From: Candidatus Latescibacterota bacterium
Lineage (GTDB): Bacteria > Latescibacterota > UBA2968 > GCA-2709665
Assembly (NCBI GenBank): GCA_965237675.1
Contig: OZ250150.1
Location: forward strand, 1,824,001 to 1,888,000
DNA length: 64,000 bases
Direction of reading: 5' to 3'
Both the position numbers and the translations under genes were made by a program. This document shows positions 10,212-21,300 of the stretch, piece after piece. Within the stretch, counting starts at the first letter, position 1; every line of letters begins with the position of its first letter. The notes below the pieces were generated by a model. It saw only the letters and a program-made list of their open reading frames with translations, did no database searches and had not been told where the DNA came from.

Positions 10212-13200
10212 TTGGCCAGGAAAAGGATCGAGATGCTGAAGGAGTTGCATCTCATCACAGACCTCCGGGAAGGGGCTGAGATCGTCGCTCCGGCGGACTC
10301 AGGCTGGGCGACCCTGGGCCGGCGGATGCAGGAGATGATCCGGGCGCATGCGGGTGTGGATCTGCCGATTGTGGAGGCGGCCGGCCTGTCGCCCCTGCCT
10401 GCGGGTCGCCACCGGGTACTGCTGGGCAATGCGATGGTCAACGACTCGATGATGGCGCTGTACCGTCGGCAATTAGCGTTTGCGGATGAGTACTATCCGG
10501 GTGGAGACGGGTCTGTGATTCGGACGGTGCACAATCCGGAGAACTGCGGTTTTAACGCGTTGGTGGTGGGGGGCAGCACGGTGGAGGGCGCGGCTGCGGC
10601 GCTGGCGGTGATGGAGGGGATCCTGGTGACGACCGGGGGGCGTCTGGGGTATACGAACCTGGCGCGGTCGGATACGCACGAGGCGCTGTTGCCGAATATG
10701 ACGCCGGCGGCGTTTCGGGAGCGGACGGAGGCGGCGTTTCAGGGCAACGCGGGCCGGGGGCCGATCGAACAGGGGGTGACGTTGGGGCTGGTCCACCACC
10801 TCACGAATGATCCGGACTGCGCCCGGATGTTCAGGGACGTCCTTTTCTACTACGAAGATCTGGTGAAGAACCGCTACGGGGGCGAATGGTGCTTCGAGCA
10901 TATGCTGTTCATCTACGCCTGGACCTGGCGGCTCTTTTGCGTCTGGGACCTTATTGAGGAGAGCGACGCGTTTACGGATGCGGAACGCCTCCGGATGACC
11001 AACCTGCTCTGGGGGTTGACGCACTATGTGGCGGGGCTGGGTTATTTCGCGGGAGAGGAGCCGCCGCCCCTGGAGATCCGGCAGAACCATCCGACGTTTG
11101 CAGGGCTGAGCATGTCGTCCAGCGCGGGATATTTCAAGGCTTACTACGGGGTCGAGGATTTCGAAAAAGAACGCCGCTTCTGCCGGGCGATTTTCGACGG
11201 CCAGGCCGATTGTTACAAGCCCAACGACGACGGGGGAGGCGGGGGATACTGCTGGCTGGTGCCGAACCACCAGATGACTTACGATCTGAAACGGGATGAC
11301 TTTCGCTTCTTGAAGGGCGGGCACCTGCGGGAGATCGCAGACTACGCGATTCTGATTACGGACAACCTGGGATCCCCGGTGGGTTTCGGAGACGTGGGTG
11401 CCTATGGCGTGCGCCGAAGCGCTTCGCCGGGGGTGACTGCCACGCTGTGCAAGGCGGCCTGGTACTATGACGACGGGTGTTATCTCTGGGCGCTGGACTG
11501 GATGGGCGGAGCGCCGCGGCACGACTGTTTCTACAAGGCAGTCCCGAAGCGGGTTGCCGACCACATGGCGGGGATAGCGATCGCGCCGTTCAACCGTCCG
11601 CTCTACGAGTGGGTGCAGCAGCACGGTCCGGGCGGGGCGAACGTGCCCGTCCAGGAGGCGTTTGACAAGCTGACGTTGCGGGGCGGTTTCGGGGAGGAGG
11701 ATCTCTACCTGCTGCTGGACGGAACCTCGACGTTCGCGCACGGGCACGAGGATGGTAATTCGATCGAGCGTCTGACGTGGAAGGGGCGGATGTGGCTGGC
11801 GGAGACGGATTATATCTGGAAGCGGCCGAGACACCACTCGTCGGTCGTGTCGATCTGCGACGGAGAAAGCACGGAGATGCCGTCGCTGGTGGCGCTGAAG
11901 TGGGCGGAAGATTTCGGAGATGCCGCGTTTACCCGGACGGTCGTGCCGGATTACAACGGCGTGGACTGGACGCGGGATATCTTCTGGCTGAAAGACAAGT
12001 ACCTGCTGGTTGCGGACTCGCTCAAGCTCCTGACGGACGCGGATTACGATCTGCGGTGCCTGTGGCGGACGCTCGGGGACGTGCGGCAGGACGGGTGCGC
12101 GTTGACCGTGGAACAGGAGGGGGTGTTTTTCCGGATTCAGAACGCGGATGACTCGGACAAGTCTCTGAAGACCGAGGCGTCACGGATTGCAGGACAGGAC
12201 CCCTATAAAGGGTACCCGTATGGGGACGGACCGATCCGGATCTTCCAGCAGCGCAAGACGCTTCACGGGCAGGCCGGAGACGTGGAGCGGTATTTCAACC
12301 TGATGGTGGCCGGGTCGAAGGCGGAAATCAACGCGTCTCGAATGGAGCGGATCGGAGAGGGTATGGTACGGATACAAGGTCCGGACGGCCCGGTGGTCTT
12401 CGGAGTGGGGGTGGATGGGGTGCAGGTGGGCGGGATACGGATTGATGCACGGGTGGACCATGACAAAATCAGGTTTCTGGAAACGGATGGGTCCGGGTCT
12501 CCTTACATACACCGGCGGGCGCCCGCGGAGGACCGTTTCGTCCCGAAGAAGGAGCCGGCGCTCAGGGCGGTATGGGAGGCCGATGTGGGTGGTGAGGTCC
12601 GGTGCATGGATGTGAGGGGTGAATCGATTGCGGTGGGTACCGCCGGCGGGAAGGTTGTCCTGCTGGACCCTGTCGGGCAGTCGCTATGGTCTCGCGAGAC
12701 AGGCGCTGAAGTGCGCGAGGTGCATCTGGCGGATCTGGGGGAGGGAAAGCTGCTGGCTGGCGGTCGGGACTGCGCGCTGACCCTGTTCGACGGTGGGGGC
12801 ACGGTCTGCTGGAAGCGGGAGTTTATCAAGTCCCACGGCCGGGACCAGATCGTGAACGCGGTGAGGACGGCGGATCTGACGGGAGATGGGCAGAGGGAGG
12901 TCGTGATCGCCACAGACGGGTGGCTGGTGTGGGCGCTGAGTCCGGATGGCGAGGAGATCTGGCAGCGGCAGATCGAACACCACGCGGCGCAGTCGCTGGT
13001 GATCGGAGACGTGGAACGGGACGGTAAGCAGGAGATCCTTGTGGGTACGGAGTACCACACGTCCAATATGCTGGAGGCCGACGGCAGCGTCCGGTGGACG
13101 GTGCGGGGAGGTCCCTGTTTTACCGCGTTGGCGCTCGTGGATCTGAACGGGGACGGGGCGAAGGAATCGGTCTACGGGGCGATGGATGGGAATGTCTACG

Positions 13201-13589
13201 TGGTCGACTCGGTCTCCGGAAAAATCCTGTGGACGGCGAATCTGGGAGATGATGTCCGTTACGGAGTTGTGGCGAAGGGGGTCGGTTTGGTGGCGGGGAG
13301 CGAAAGCGGGAACGTGGCGCTGTTGAGCGGCGGGGGAGAAAAGCAGTGGCGCCGGGACCTGAACGCTGCGGTGACCGGACTGGTCCTTCTGGAGTCGGGC
13401 GGAGAGAAGTTGATCGTTGCGGGGACTTCCGACGGATGGATCGTGCTGCTGTCACTCAAGGGAGAAATCCTCGGGAGCCACCGCGGGGATGGGGGAGTGA
13501 CGGCGCTGGCCGGCCTGAATCTTGCGGAGGGGTCAGGCCTTCTGGTGGGCACGGACATGGGCGTGGTGACGGCGCTGAGTCGGGTATGA
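10212..13589 (+). CDS. Heparinase II/III-like (polysaccharide lyase-like) protein with C-terminal PQQ/FG-GAP-type beta-propeller, paralog 1
   Basis: 'QNH', 'GFGD', 'HGHEDGNSI', 'HSSVV', 'WTRDIFW' lyase-like motifs; repeated D(L/V)xGDGxxE and W...G propeller blades; highly similar to 18304-21978. Confidence 0.6.
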   Translation: MARKRIEMLKELHLITDLREGAEIVAPADSGWATLGRRMQEMIRAHAGVDLPIVEAAGLSPLPAGRHRVLLGNAMVNDSMMALYRRQLAFADEYYPGGDGSVIRTVHNPENCGFNALVVGGSTVEGAAAALAVMEGILVTTGGRLGYTNLARSDTHEALLPNMTPAAFRERTEAAFQGNAGRGPIEQGVTLGLVHHLTNDPDCARMFRDVLFYYEDLVKNRYGGEWCFEHMLFIYAWTWRLFCVWDLIEESDAFTDAERLRMTNLLWGLTHYVAGLGYFAGEEPPPLEIRQNHPTFAGLSMSSSAGYFKAYYGVEDFEKERRFCRAIFDGQADCYKPNDDGGGGGYCWLVPNHQMTYDLKRDDFRFLKGGHLREIADYAILITDNLGSPVGFGDVGAYGVRRSASPGVTATLCKAAWYYDDGCYLWALDWMGGAPRHDCFYKAVPKRVADHMAGIAIAPFNRPLYEWVQQHGPGGANVPVQEAFDKLTLRGGFGEEDLYLLLDGTSTFAHGHEDGNSIERLTWKGRMWLAETDYIWKRPRHHSSVVSICDGESTEMPSLVALKWAEDFGDAAFTRTVVPDYNGVDWTRDIFWLKDKYLLVADSLKLLTDADYDLRCLWRTLGDVRQDGCALTVEQEGVFFRIQNADDSDKSLKTEASRIAGQDPYKGYPYGDGPIRIFQQRKTLHGQAGDVERYFNLMVAGSKAEINASRMERIGEGMVRIQGPDGPVVFGVGVDGVQVGGIRIDARVDHDKIRFLETDGSGSPYIHRRAPAEDRFVPKKEPALRAVWEADVGGEVRCMDVRGESIAVGTAGGKVVLLDPVGQSLWSRETGAEVREVHLADLGEGKLLAGGRDCALTLFDGGGTVCWKREFIKSHGRDQIVNAVRTADLTGDGQREVVIATDGWLVWALSPDGEEIWQRQIEHHAAQSLVIGDVERDGKQEILVGTEYHTSNMLEADGSVRWTVRGGPCFTALALVDLNGDGAKESVYGAMDGNVYVVDSVSGKILWTANLGDDVRYGVVAKGVGLVAGSESGNVALLSGGGEKQWRRDLNAAVTGLVLLESGGEKLIVAGTSDGWIVLLSLKGEILGSHRGDGGVTALAGLNLAEGSGLLVGTDMGVVTALSRV

Positions 13590-13727
13590 TGCGTTCGGGT
13601 TGGCAATCGGGATGGTCGAGGGGCTGCGCCCTCGCCGCTGCATTGGTGGTTTCATGGGGATCGAGTTCTGAGGGTGAACGTGTGAATATCCGGGAATTGC
13701 TGGGAGACCGGGGGATCAGCGAGGCGC
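12093..13727 (+). repeat. Direct-repeat copy 1 (3' part of gene 10212 plus first ~47 codons of the 917-aa gene)
   Basis: Aligns with 14731-15627 from GGGTGCG..TTGACCGTGG to ..GGGGATCAGCGAGGCGC. Confidence 0.9.
13586..13727 (+). pseudogene. Truncated 5' duplicate of the 917-aa lyase-like gene
   Basis: MMRSGWQSGWSRGCALAAALVVSWGSSSEGERVNIRELLGDRGISEA nearly identical to the N-terminus of 15486, then homology stops. Confidence 0.8.
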
Positions 13728-13809
13728 AGATGTCGATATCTCTGGAGTGGAAGTCAAGGTCGCTTAGACGAATGGTTTGGGCCGTTATTATTTTTCGAGT
13801 CGGGATAGG

Positions 13810-14178
13810 TCATTTGTCAGGCGATTCACTCTTTCGCCCCGCAACGTCCAGCAATTTCGTCACGTCCGCATAGAGATTATGCAGGTTTTCGTCTATTATT
13901 CCCCACACGATTGTGTGATCAACGCTGTTGTAATCATGCGCGAGTATATTTCTAAATGAAATGATACTGCGATGATCCCGTATTCTGTCGAGTATTTGCG
14001 CATTATTTCGTCTTATTTTGTTCAGGGCTTCACCGATTATTTCGAATTTTCGTTCGACTCCACTCTTGAGCAGTTCGTCTTCTTGATAGTCGTCATAGGT
14101 CTTGTCCTGGACGAACTTGAGGATTGCCGAGGTCGCATCTTTGATGTCGTAGAGATATTTGAGTATCTCAGCGTCCAT
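13810..14178 (-). CDS. hepT: HepT-like HEPN ribonuclease toxin (DUF86)
   Basis: 'VERKFEIIGEA' and RX4HXY motif 'RNILAHDY'; overlaps the MNT gene; AT-rich. Confidence 0.9.
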   Translation of the reverse strand: MDAEILKYLYDIKDATSAILKFVQDKTYDDYQEDELLKSGVERKFEIIGEALNKIRRNNAQILDRIRDHRSIISFRNILAHDYNSVDHTIVWGIIDENLHNLYADVTKLLDVAGRKSESPDK

Positions 14179-14464
14179 AGATGTTTACCCGTTCGTCAAG
14201 GATGGTGCGACGAAAGTAGGGGTTCTTGAGTCCGTTGAAAGTAAGTAGATCGACTCTGCAATTTAACGTATCCTCAAGATGGTGAAGAAGCCCGAAAAAC
14301 CTTTTTGAAGGGAGTATAGCAGGGTCCTCGAATTCCACTATCAGATCCACGTCGCTGATAGCAGTTCCCTGGCCTCGGCTCAGAGATCCAAAAAGGTCCA
14401 ATCTTTTTACCCTGAATTCCCGACACGCTGGACCAGCGATTTCTTTTATTTTTTCTATTGTCAC
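14168..14464 (-). CDS. mntA: Minimal nucleotidyltransferase (MNT) antitoxin
   Basis: Exact GSX10DXD motif 'FGSLSRGQGTAISDVD', 'VDLL', 98 aa, directly upstream of HEPN. Confidence 0.9.
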   Translation of the reverse strand: MTIEKIKEIAGPACREFRVKRLDLFGSLSRGQGTAISDVDLIVEFEDPAILPSKRFFGLLHHLEDTLNCRVDLLTFNGLKNPYFRRTILDERVNIYGR

Positions 14465-14730
14465 AGGCAGGAATCTCCGAATTGTGATAAAAATGCTGTA
14501 ACGCTAAAGATACGCGAATCGACGCGAACTGTCACGCACATTTCATGCATACAGACGTAAAATCCGTACCGAAAGTCTGTGTCATCTTTTCTTTTGCGGA
14601 TCTTCATGGGACAGACGATTCTTTCTTGCTGGACGTCACGTGCTTCGGAGGCCACGGTCGGCGGTTACATGTCTATTGAAATGCAGGAAGCGCAACGAAG
14701 AAGCTTCCTGTTTGTGATTGTTACCCGAAG

Positions 14731-15489
14731 GGGTGCGGGTTGACCGTGGAGCAGGAGGGGGTGTTCTTCCGGATTCAGAACGCGGATGACTCGGACAAGT
14801 CTCTGAAGACCGAGGCGTCACGGATTGCAGGACAGGACCCCTATAAAGGGTACCCGTATGTGGATGGTCCGATCCGGATTTTCCAGCAGCGCAAGACGCT
14901 TCACGGGCAGGCCGGAAATGTGGAACGGTATTTCAATCTGCTTGTTGCAGGGGCGGAAGCGGAAGTCAACGCGTGTCGAATGGAGCGGATCGGAGAGGGT
15001 ATGGTACGGATAGAAGGCCCGGACGGTCCGGTGGTTTTCGGGGTGGGGGAGGATGGGGTGCAGGTGGGCGGCTTAAGGATTGATGCGCGGGTGGAGCGTG
15101 ACAAAATCAGGTTTCTGGAACCGGTCGGGTCAGGGTCTCCTTACATACACCGGCGGGCGCCCGCGGAGGACCGTTTCGTCCCGAAGAAGGAGCCGGCGCT
15201 CAGGGCGGTATGGGAGGCCGATGCGGGAGGTGAGGTCCGGTGCATGGATGTGAGGGGTGAATCGATTGCGGTGACCGGCCTGGTCCTTCTGGAGTCGGGC
15301 GAAGAGGAGTTGATCGTCGCGGGGAGTTCCGAAGGATGGATTGTATTCCTGTCCCTTGAGGGAGAAGTCGTCGGGAGCCACCGGCTGAACGGGGGGGTGA
15401 CAGCGCTGGCCGGCCTGAATCTTGCGGACGGGTCAGGCCTTCTGGTGGGCACGGACAGGGGCGTGGTGACGGCGCTGAGTCGGGTATGA
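14731..15489 (+). pseudogene. Remnant (direct-repeat copy 2, repeat continues to 15627) of the 3' half of gene 10212 with a 738-bp in-frame internal deletion
   Basis: ORF 14740-15489 matches the C-terminal part of the 1125-aa protein but jumps from ..GESIAV to TGLVLL..; lacks the N-terminal ~630 aa. Confidence 0.82.
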
Positions 15490-18239
15490 TGCGTTCGGGT
15501 TGGCAATCGGGATGGTCGAGGGGCTGCGCCCTCGCCGCTGCATTGGTGGTTTCATGGGGATCGAGTTCTGAGGGTGAACGTGTGAATATTCGGGATTTGC
15601 TGCGAGACCGGGGGATCAGCGAGGCGCTGTTGAAGGCCGAACGCGCGCATCCCTACCTTTTCTTTTCGGCCGAAGACGTGCCCCGTTTGCGCAAGATGGC
15701 CAGGCGGGAACCGTATCGGACGTGCGCGGAGGGGATCGTCCGGGCGGCCCGGCTGACGCTGGAAAACTCGATCCCGGCGGAACCCCCGGCCGGGGCGGCC
15801 GAGAGCCGGCTGCCCGACGGCAGCTACGACGAGTCGTTTCTGAAGGCGACCTACGATTTTCTGTCTTACGCGTACGCGATGCAATACTATGGTCCGCTGT
15901 ATGCGTTTGCCTACCTGCTGACGGAGGAGGAGGTTTTTGCAGAGCGGGCAAAAGCGTGGGCGTTGGCGTTTGCGGGCTGGGAGAACTGGGGGCCGGCGGC
16001 CGATCCATGGGATATGGAGGCGGCCATGATCCTGTCGGGGGCGGTGATTGTCTACGATTGGATTCCGGAACGATTCTCCGATGCGGAGCGGGAGCGGCTG
16101 TTTTCCGGACTGCGCGGGAAGGGACGGAAGCTGTGCGAGAAGGACGCGTACTGGCTGACACAGGACCCGGCGTCGCGTCGCGGGGCGCTGGCGAATAACC
16201 ATCGGTGGCGGAGCATACCGCTGGAGGGTCTGGCCGGGCTGGGGCTGCTCTACGAGGTCGAAGAGGCGCGGGACTGGCTGGATATGGGCCTGGTGCTCAC
16301 GCGGGAATACCTGCTGCCGGCGGCCTACGGGCGGGACGGAGAGCGGATGGAGGGACGGGGATGGTTGGGGGTCTGCCTGAGCGACGGCGGGCGGTTTATG
16401 GAGGCGCTGGCCCTAAACGGAGGGCCGGATCTGTTCGATACGGCGCCGCTGCGCCGGCTATCGCACTTTCTGATTTTCGGCATGGAAATGTACCGGTCAC
16501 GCGGGCACTACAGCGAGCGGGCGGGTCTGCTTGTGCACGCCAGGAGGCTCCGGGACCCGGCGCTTCAATGGCTGGCTCTGAAGCACGATCTGGACCCCGA
16601 TATGGCGGGATATCCGGCGTACTGGTACAACCGGGATAAGGTGCCTTATAAGCCGGAGACCCTTTACACGGTTTCCCTCCGGTGGGATGCGGAGGCCGGC
16701 AGGCTGGAGATCCGGGTGAACGGTGTCCTGCGGGATCGGCAGGGGATTGACGGCGTGGAGGGGATCGACCGGGTTTCGTTCCGGGTTGAGGGCGATCGGG
16801 TTGAGATCGCCTCTTTGGAGGTCCTGGACGGAGCCGGTGACGTCGTGGACCGCCTGGACGGACCGGTGGCGCTGGCGGGTGCGGGAGGGGAGGCGGCCCT
16901 GAGGTTTGACCGCCTGCGCGCCGGCGAGGTACGGGCGTCCCTGCAGAAGGACCGATCGGACGCCGGCCGGGCCTCGATGATGCTGATGTCCGGAGGGCGG
17001 CACGTGCGGGGCATTGTGTTTACTGGTGAGCACGAGATTGCCAAGGTGGTTGAGGGGATGGACGGAACGTATACGTTGGGCGTTGTCGCGGCGAAGGGGC
17101 TTTATTTCCACGGGCCCTGGGAGTTCCTGTTCCACGACGAGACGCTGGCGTCGGAGGCCCCGAAGAGGGATGTGACGGGGTTCCACTTCCGGGATCTGGG
17201 CCTGGTGAAGTTACACGATACGCTCCGCCCGGAGGGTGTGCACGTCACGTTCACGTCCGGGCCGGAAGTGAGCAAGGAGCAGGGGGATAAGAATGCGTTT
17301 ACGCTCAGGGCGTTCGGGGAGGGGTTGTTGACGCCTTTGCGGACGCCGAAGACGGGAGAGGCGGTGCTGACCCAGGCGCAGTACGATCTGACGGCCTGGT
17401 ACGAGGGCACGCCGGGGCGTAACACCATCCTGGTGGATGGACGGGGACAGCCGACGGTGCACGAGGAAAGCCCGGTTCCGCGTGAGTACGACCAGCAATG
17501 GCTGGGGGGAAAGGAGGTGGCGAAGAGCGGCCGGATCGAGGAAACCTTTTTTTCCCCGGACTACGATTACGTACGAGGGGAGGCGGCGCGGGCGTACCGG
17601 CCCATGCTGGAGACCTACCGGCGCCATCTGATGTTTTTGAAGCCGCTCGGCGATCCGGACCTTCGCTACCTGGTGCTGTTCGATGAGATCGAGACCGCCG
17701 GCGGGGCGCCCCGAAAGGTCGAGTGGCGACTGCTGAGCCCGTGCGGTAAGGTGACAGGCGCAGGCGGCGCTTTCCGGATCGAGGGGCGCTCGGCCGATGT
17801 GCACGTAACGCACCTCTGGCCGGAGGCGTCGACGGCGAGGATCGATTCCACGCCCGCGCCCCGGGAGTCGGACCGGCTGCCCTATCTGCGGTTTCCGGCG
17901 CCGGGGCCGGTGCAACGGGTACACTACCTCCACCTTCTTCAGCCAATGCGGGCGGATTCGGGTGAGCCGGTCTCGGCGGAGCGGGTAATGGGGCGAGGCG
18001 GGATCGGCATTCGAGTGAGCAGCCCGGAGGAGACCGCGCTGGCGGTCTTCAGGACAGGGGACGGATCGGTTGCCGTGGGTGGGCTGACCACGGACGCCGA
18101 CGCCTGTTTGGTTCGGAGGGGGAAGGACGGCGCGGGGTCGGTTGTTTTACACGGCGGGACGTTTGTCGAGTGGGAGGGGAGACGTCTCTTCACGTCGGAC
18201 GAGGCGGTGAGCGTCCGGGTTAAGCTGCCGGTGGAATAA
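15486..18239 (+). CDS. DUF4962/heparinase II/III-like exported protein (oligo-alginate-lyase-like fold)
   Basis: Signal-like N-terminus, 'HPYLFF', 'NNH', 'DG...EG..W', 'NAFTL.AFGE.L', 'NTILVDGRGQ', 'YVRGEAARAY....YRRHL.F'. Confidence 0.65.
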   Translation: MMRSGWQSGWSRGCALAAALVVSWGSSSEGERVNIRDLLRDRGISEALLKAERAHPYLFFSAEDVPRLRKMARREPYRTCAEGIVRAARLTLENSIPAEPPAGAAESRLPDGSYDESFLKATYDFLSYAYAMQYYGPLYAFAYLLTEEEVFAERAKAWALAFAGWENWGPAADPWDMEAAMILSGAVIVYDWIPERFSDAERERLFSGLRGKGRKLCEKDAYWLTQDPASRRGALANNHRWRSIPLEGLAGLGLLYEVEEARDWLDMGLVLTREYLLPAAYGRDGERMEGRGWLGVCLSDGGRFMEALALNGGPDLFDTAPLRRLSHFLIFGMEMYRSRGHYSERAGLLVHARRLRDPALQWLALKHDLDPDMAGYPAYWYNRDKVPYKPETLYTVSLRWDAEAGRLEIRVNGVLRDRQGIDGVEGIDRVSFRVEGDRVEIASLEVLDGAGDVVDRLDGPVALAGAGGEAALRFDRLRAGEVRASLQKDRSDAGRASMMLMSGGRHVRGIVFTGEHEIAKVVEGMDGTYTLGVVAAKGLYFHGPWEFLFHDETLASEAPKRDVTGFHFRDLGLVKLHDTLRPEGVHVTFTSGPEVSKEQGDKNAFTLRAFGEGLLTPLRTPKTGEAVLTQAQYDLTAWYEGTPGRNTILVDGRGQPTVHEESPVPREYDQQWLGGKEVAKSGRIEETFFSPDYDYVRGEAARAYRPMLETYRRHLMFLKPLGDPDLRYLVLFDEIETAGGAPRKVEWRLLSPCGKVTGAGGAFRIEGRSADVHVTHLWPEASTARIDSTPAPRESDRLPYLRFPAPGPVQRVHYLHLLQPMRADSGEPVSAERVMGRGGIGIRVSSPEETALAVFRTGDGSVAVGGLTTDADACLVRRGKDGAGSVVLHGGTFVEWEGRRLFTSDEAVSVRVKLPVE

Positions 18240-18303
18240 GCGATGGACAGGACAGGGCTTTTGAACGGGATCGGGACCTGAGCGGTCCCGGAAGGAACGC
18301 GCG

Positions 18304-21300
18304 ATGGCTGAGGAACGGATTGAGACGCTGAAGGAGTTGTACCTGACCACCGACCTTGGGGAAGGGGCGGAGATCGTGGCGCCGGCGGACCCGGGATGGG
18401 CGCCGTTTTGCCGGCGGCTGCAGGAGATGATTCGGGTGCATGCGGGTGTGGATCTGCCGGTAGTGGACCCGGCGGGCCTGTCGCCCCTCCCCGAGGGCCG
18501 GCACCGCGTGCTGCTGGGCAATGCGATGGTCAACGAATCGCTCATGGCGCTGTACCGGCGGCAATATGTGTTTGTGGACGAGTATTATCCCGGAGGGGAC
18601 GGGTATGTGATTCGGACGGTGCACAACCCTGAGAATTTCGGCCACAACGTGCTTCTGGTCGGCGCGAGTCGGGTGGAGGGCGCGGCTGCAGCGCTGGAGG
18701 TGCTGGAGGGGGTCCTGGAGAGGACCGGGGGGCGTCTGGAGTATACGAACCTGTCACGGTCGGAGGTTCACGAAACGCTGCTGCCGGAGATGACGCCGGA
18801 AGCCTTCCGGGAGTGGGTGGCGGAGATGTATCGGGACAACCTCAGCTACTACCCGGTCGAGCAGGGGACTTTCCTGGGGCTGGTCCACCACCTGACGCAC
18901 GATCCCGGCTGCGCGCGAATGTTCCGGGACGCCCTCTTTTACTACGAGGACCTGGTGCGTAACCGCTACGGCGGGGACTGGCTGTTTGAGCATATGCTGT
19001 TCATCTATTCCTGGGCATGGCGGCTGATCACGGTCTGGGACCTGATCGAGGAGAGCGATGCGTTTACGGATGCGGAGCGCCTCCGGATCACAAACGTGCT
19101 GTGGGGATTGTCGAATTACGTGGCGGGCACCCACTACTTCAAGAAGGAGACACCCCCGCCGCTGGAAATCCGTCAGAACCACTGGACGTTCGCGGGGTTG
19201 AGCGGGTCGTTTTGCGCACGGTATTTTGAGGCGTATTACGGGATCACGGGCTTTGAAAAGCAGATCCGGTTCTCCCAGGCGGTTTTCGACGGGCAGGCGG
19301 AGAGCTACAAGCCGAACGACGATGCAGGGGGCGGATGGTGGGGCTACTGCTGGCTGGCGCCGTACCACCAGGTGATTTACGATTTGAAGCGGGACGACTT
19401 CCGCTTCCTGGAGAGCGGCCAACTCCGGACCTTTGCGGATTACGGCATTATGGTGACGGACAATCTCGGCGTCCAGGTGAGTTTCGGGGATGCGTGGTCG
19501 TACATCGAGCCCGGCCGGTATGCGGTGGCGCTTAAGAACAAACGAACCTCGCTGGAGTTGGCGATGGCCCTCTGTACGGCGGCCTGGTACTATGAGGACG
19601 GGAGTTATCTGTGGGCGCTGGACTGGATGGGTGGCGCACCGTATCCGGGCTGCTATTACCGGGCGCTTCCAAAGCGGGCGCCCGACCGGTTGGCGGGGAT
19701 CGCGATCGCGCCGTTCAACCGGTCGCTCTACGAATGGGTGCAGCGGCACGCGCGGGGCGGAGCGAACGTGCCGCTCGAAGAAGCGTTCGACAAGCTGGTT
19801 CTGCGCGGAGGGTTCGACAGGGAGGACGAATATCTCCTGCTGGACGGGACCTCCACGTTCGCTCACGGGCACGAGGACGGCAACTCGATCGAGCGTCTGA
19901 CGTGGAAGGGGCGGATGTGGCTGGCGGAGTTGGATTACATCTGGAAACGGCCGCGGCACCACTGTTCGGTTGTTTCGATCTGCGGCGGAGAAACTGTGGA
20001 GTCGCCGCCGCTGGTGGCGTTGAAGTGGGCGGAGGAATTCGGACGGACCGCTCTCACACGAACAGTGATGCCGGATTATAACGGTGTGGACTGGACTCGA
20101 GATATTTTCTGGGCGAAGGGCGGGTTCTTTCTGGTTGCGGACTCGCTCAGGCTTCTGAAGGATGCGGATTACGATCTAAAGTGCCTCTGGCGGACGCTCG
20201 GCGAGGTACGGCAGCACGGGAGTGAGCTGACCGTGGAACAGAAGGGAGTGTACTTCCGGATTCAGAATGCGGATGATTCAGACAAGTCGCTCGTGACGGA
20301 AGAGGCCCGTGTTGCGGGAACCGACCCCTACGAAGCCTATGCGCATGTAGACGGTCCGATCCGGATCTTCAGCCAGCACAAGGCGCTGCATGGTCTGCCC
20401 GGAGACGTGGAGCGGTATTTCAACCTGATGGTGGCGGGGTCACGGGCGGAGATCGATGCGTGGCGAATCGAGCGGATCGGCGAGGGCGTGGTGAAGGTGG
20501 AGCACCCAGATGGCCCGACCGTCTTCGGTGTCACGGACGGTGAGGCGCGGATGGGCGGGTTCCGGATTGCCGCGGAGGCTTTCGCGTTGACCGAGGCGTC
20601 CATCGTTCTGCTCAACGGGACCGGGCTGTGGACGGATGGCGTGATGTTCGAGACCGAGGCGCCGGTGCATACGGTGCTGTATCCGGGCGAGGGGCGGGGG
20701 GAGGTTCGTGTAAACGAGGAGACCTCTGTTCGGACGGAGGGCGTATGTTTTGGCGGGGAGGAAGACCCTGTACCGGAAAGTCTTTCGGCTGGAACGCACC
20801 CATTTACCCTGGAAACCGGATTTTCAGATGTTCTGAGCGAGGCGCTTCGGGACGGCACATCCTACGCGCATCGTAGAGCGCCGCGAGTTCATGGATTTGC
20901 GCCGAAGGATACAACGCCGCTCAGGCGACTCTGGGAGGCGCAGGTCGAGGGCCCGGTCCGATGCGCCGACGTGAGGGGCGAATCGGCCGCAGTCGGTACG
21001 GCCGGCGGTCAGGTATTGCTGCTGGATCGGGACGGGCAGATCCAGTGGAAGCGTGAGACCGGCGCGGAAGTGCGCGCCGTGCACCTTGCGGATCTCAAGG
21101 AGGGACGGCTTCTGGCCGGAGGACGGGACTGTGCGCTGACGCTGTTCGATGCTGACGGAGGGGTTTGCTGGAAGCGGGCGTTTTCGGAGTCTCACGGGGT
21201 CAATCAGAATGTGAATGCGGTGACGACGGCGGATCTGACCGGAGACGGAAAGAAGGTGATCCTGACGGCTACGGATGGGTGGCTGGTGTGGGCGCTGACA

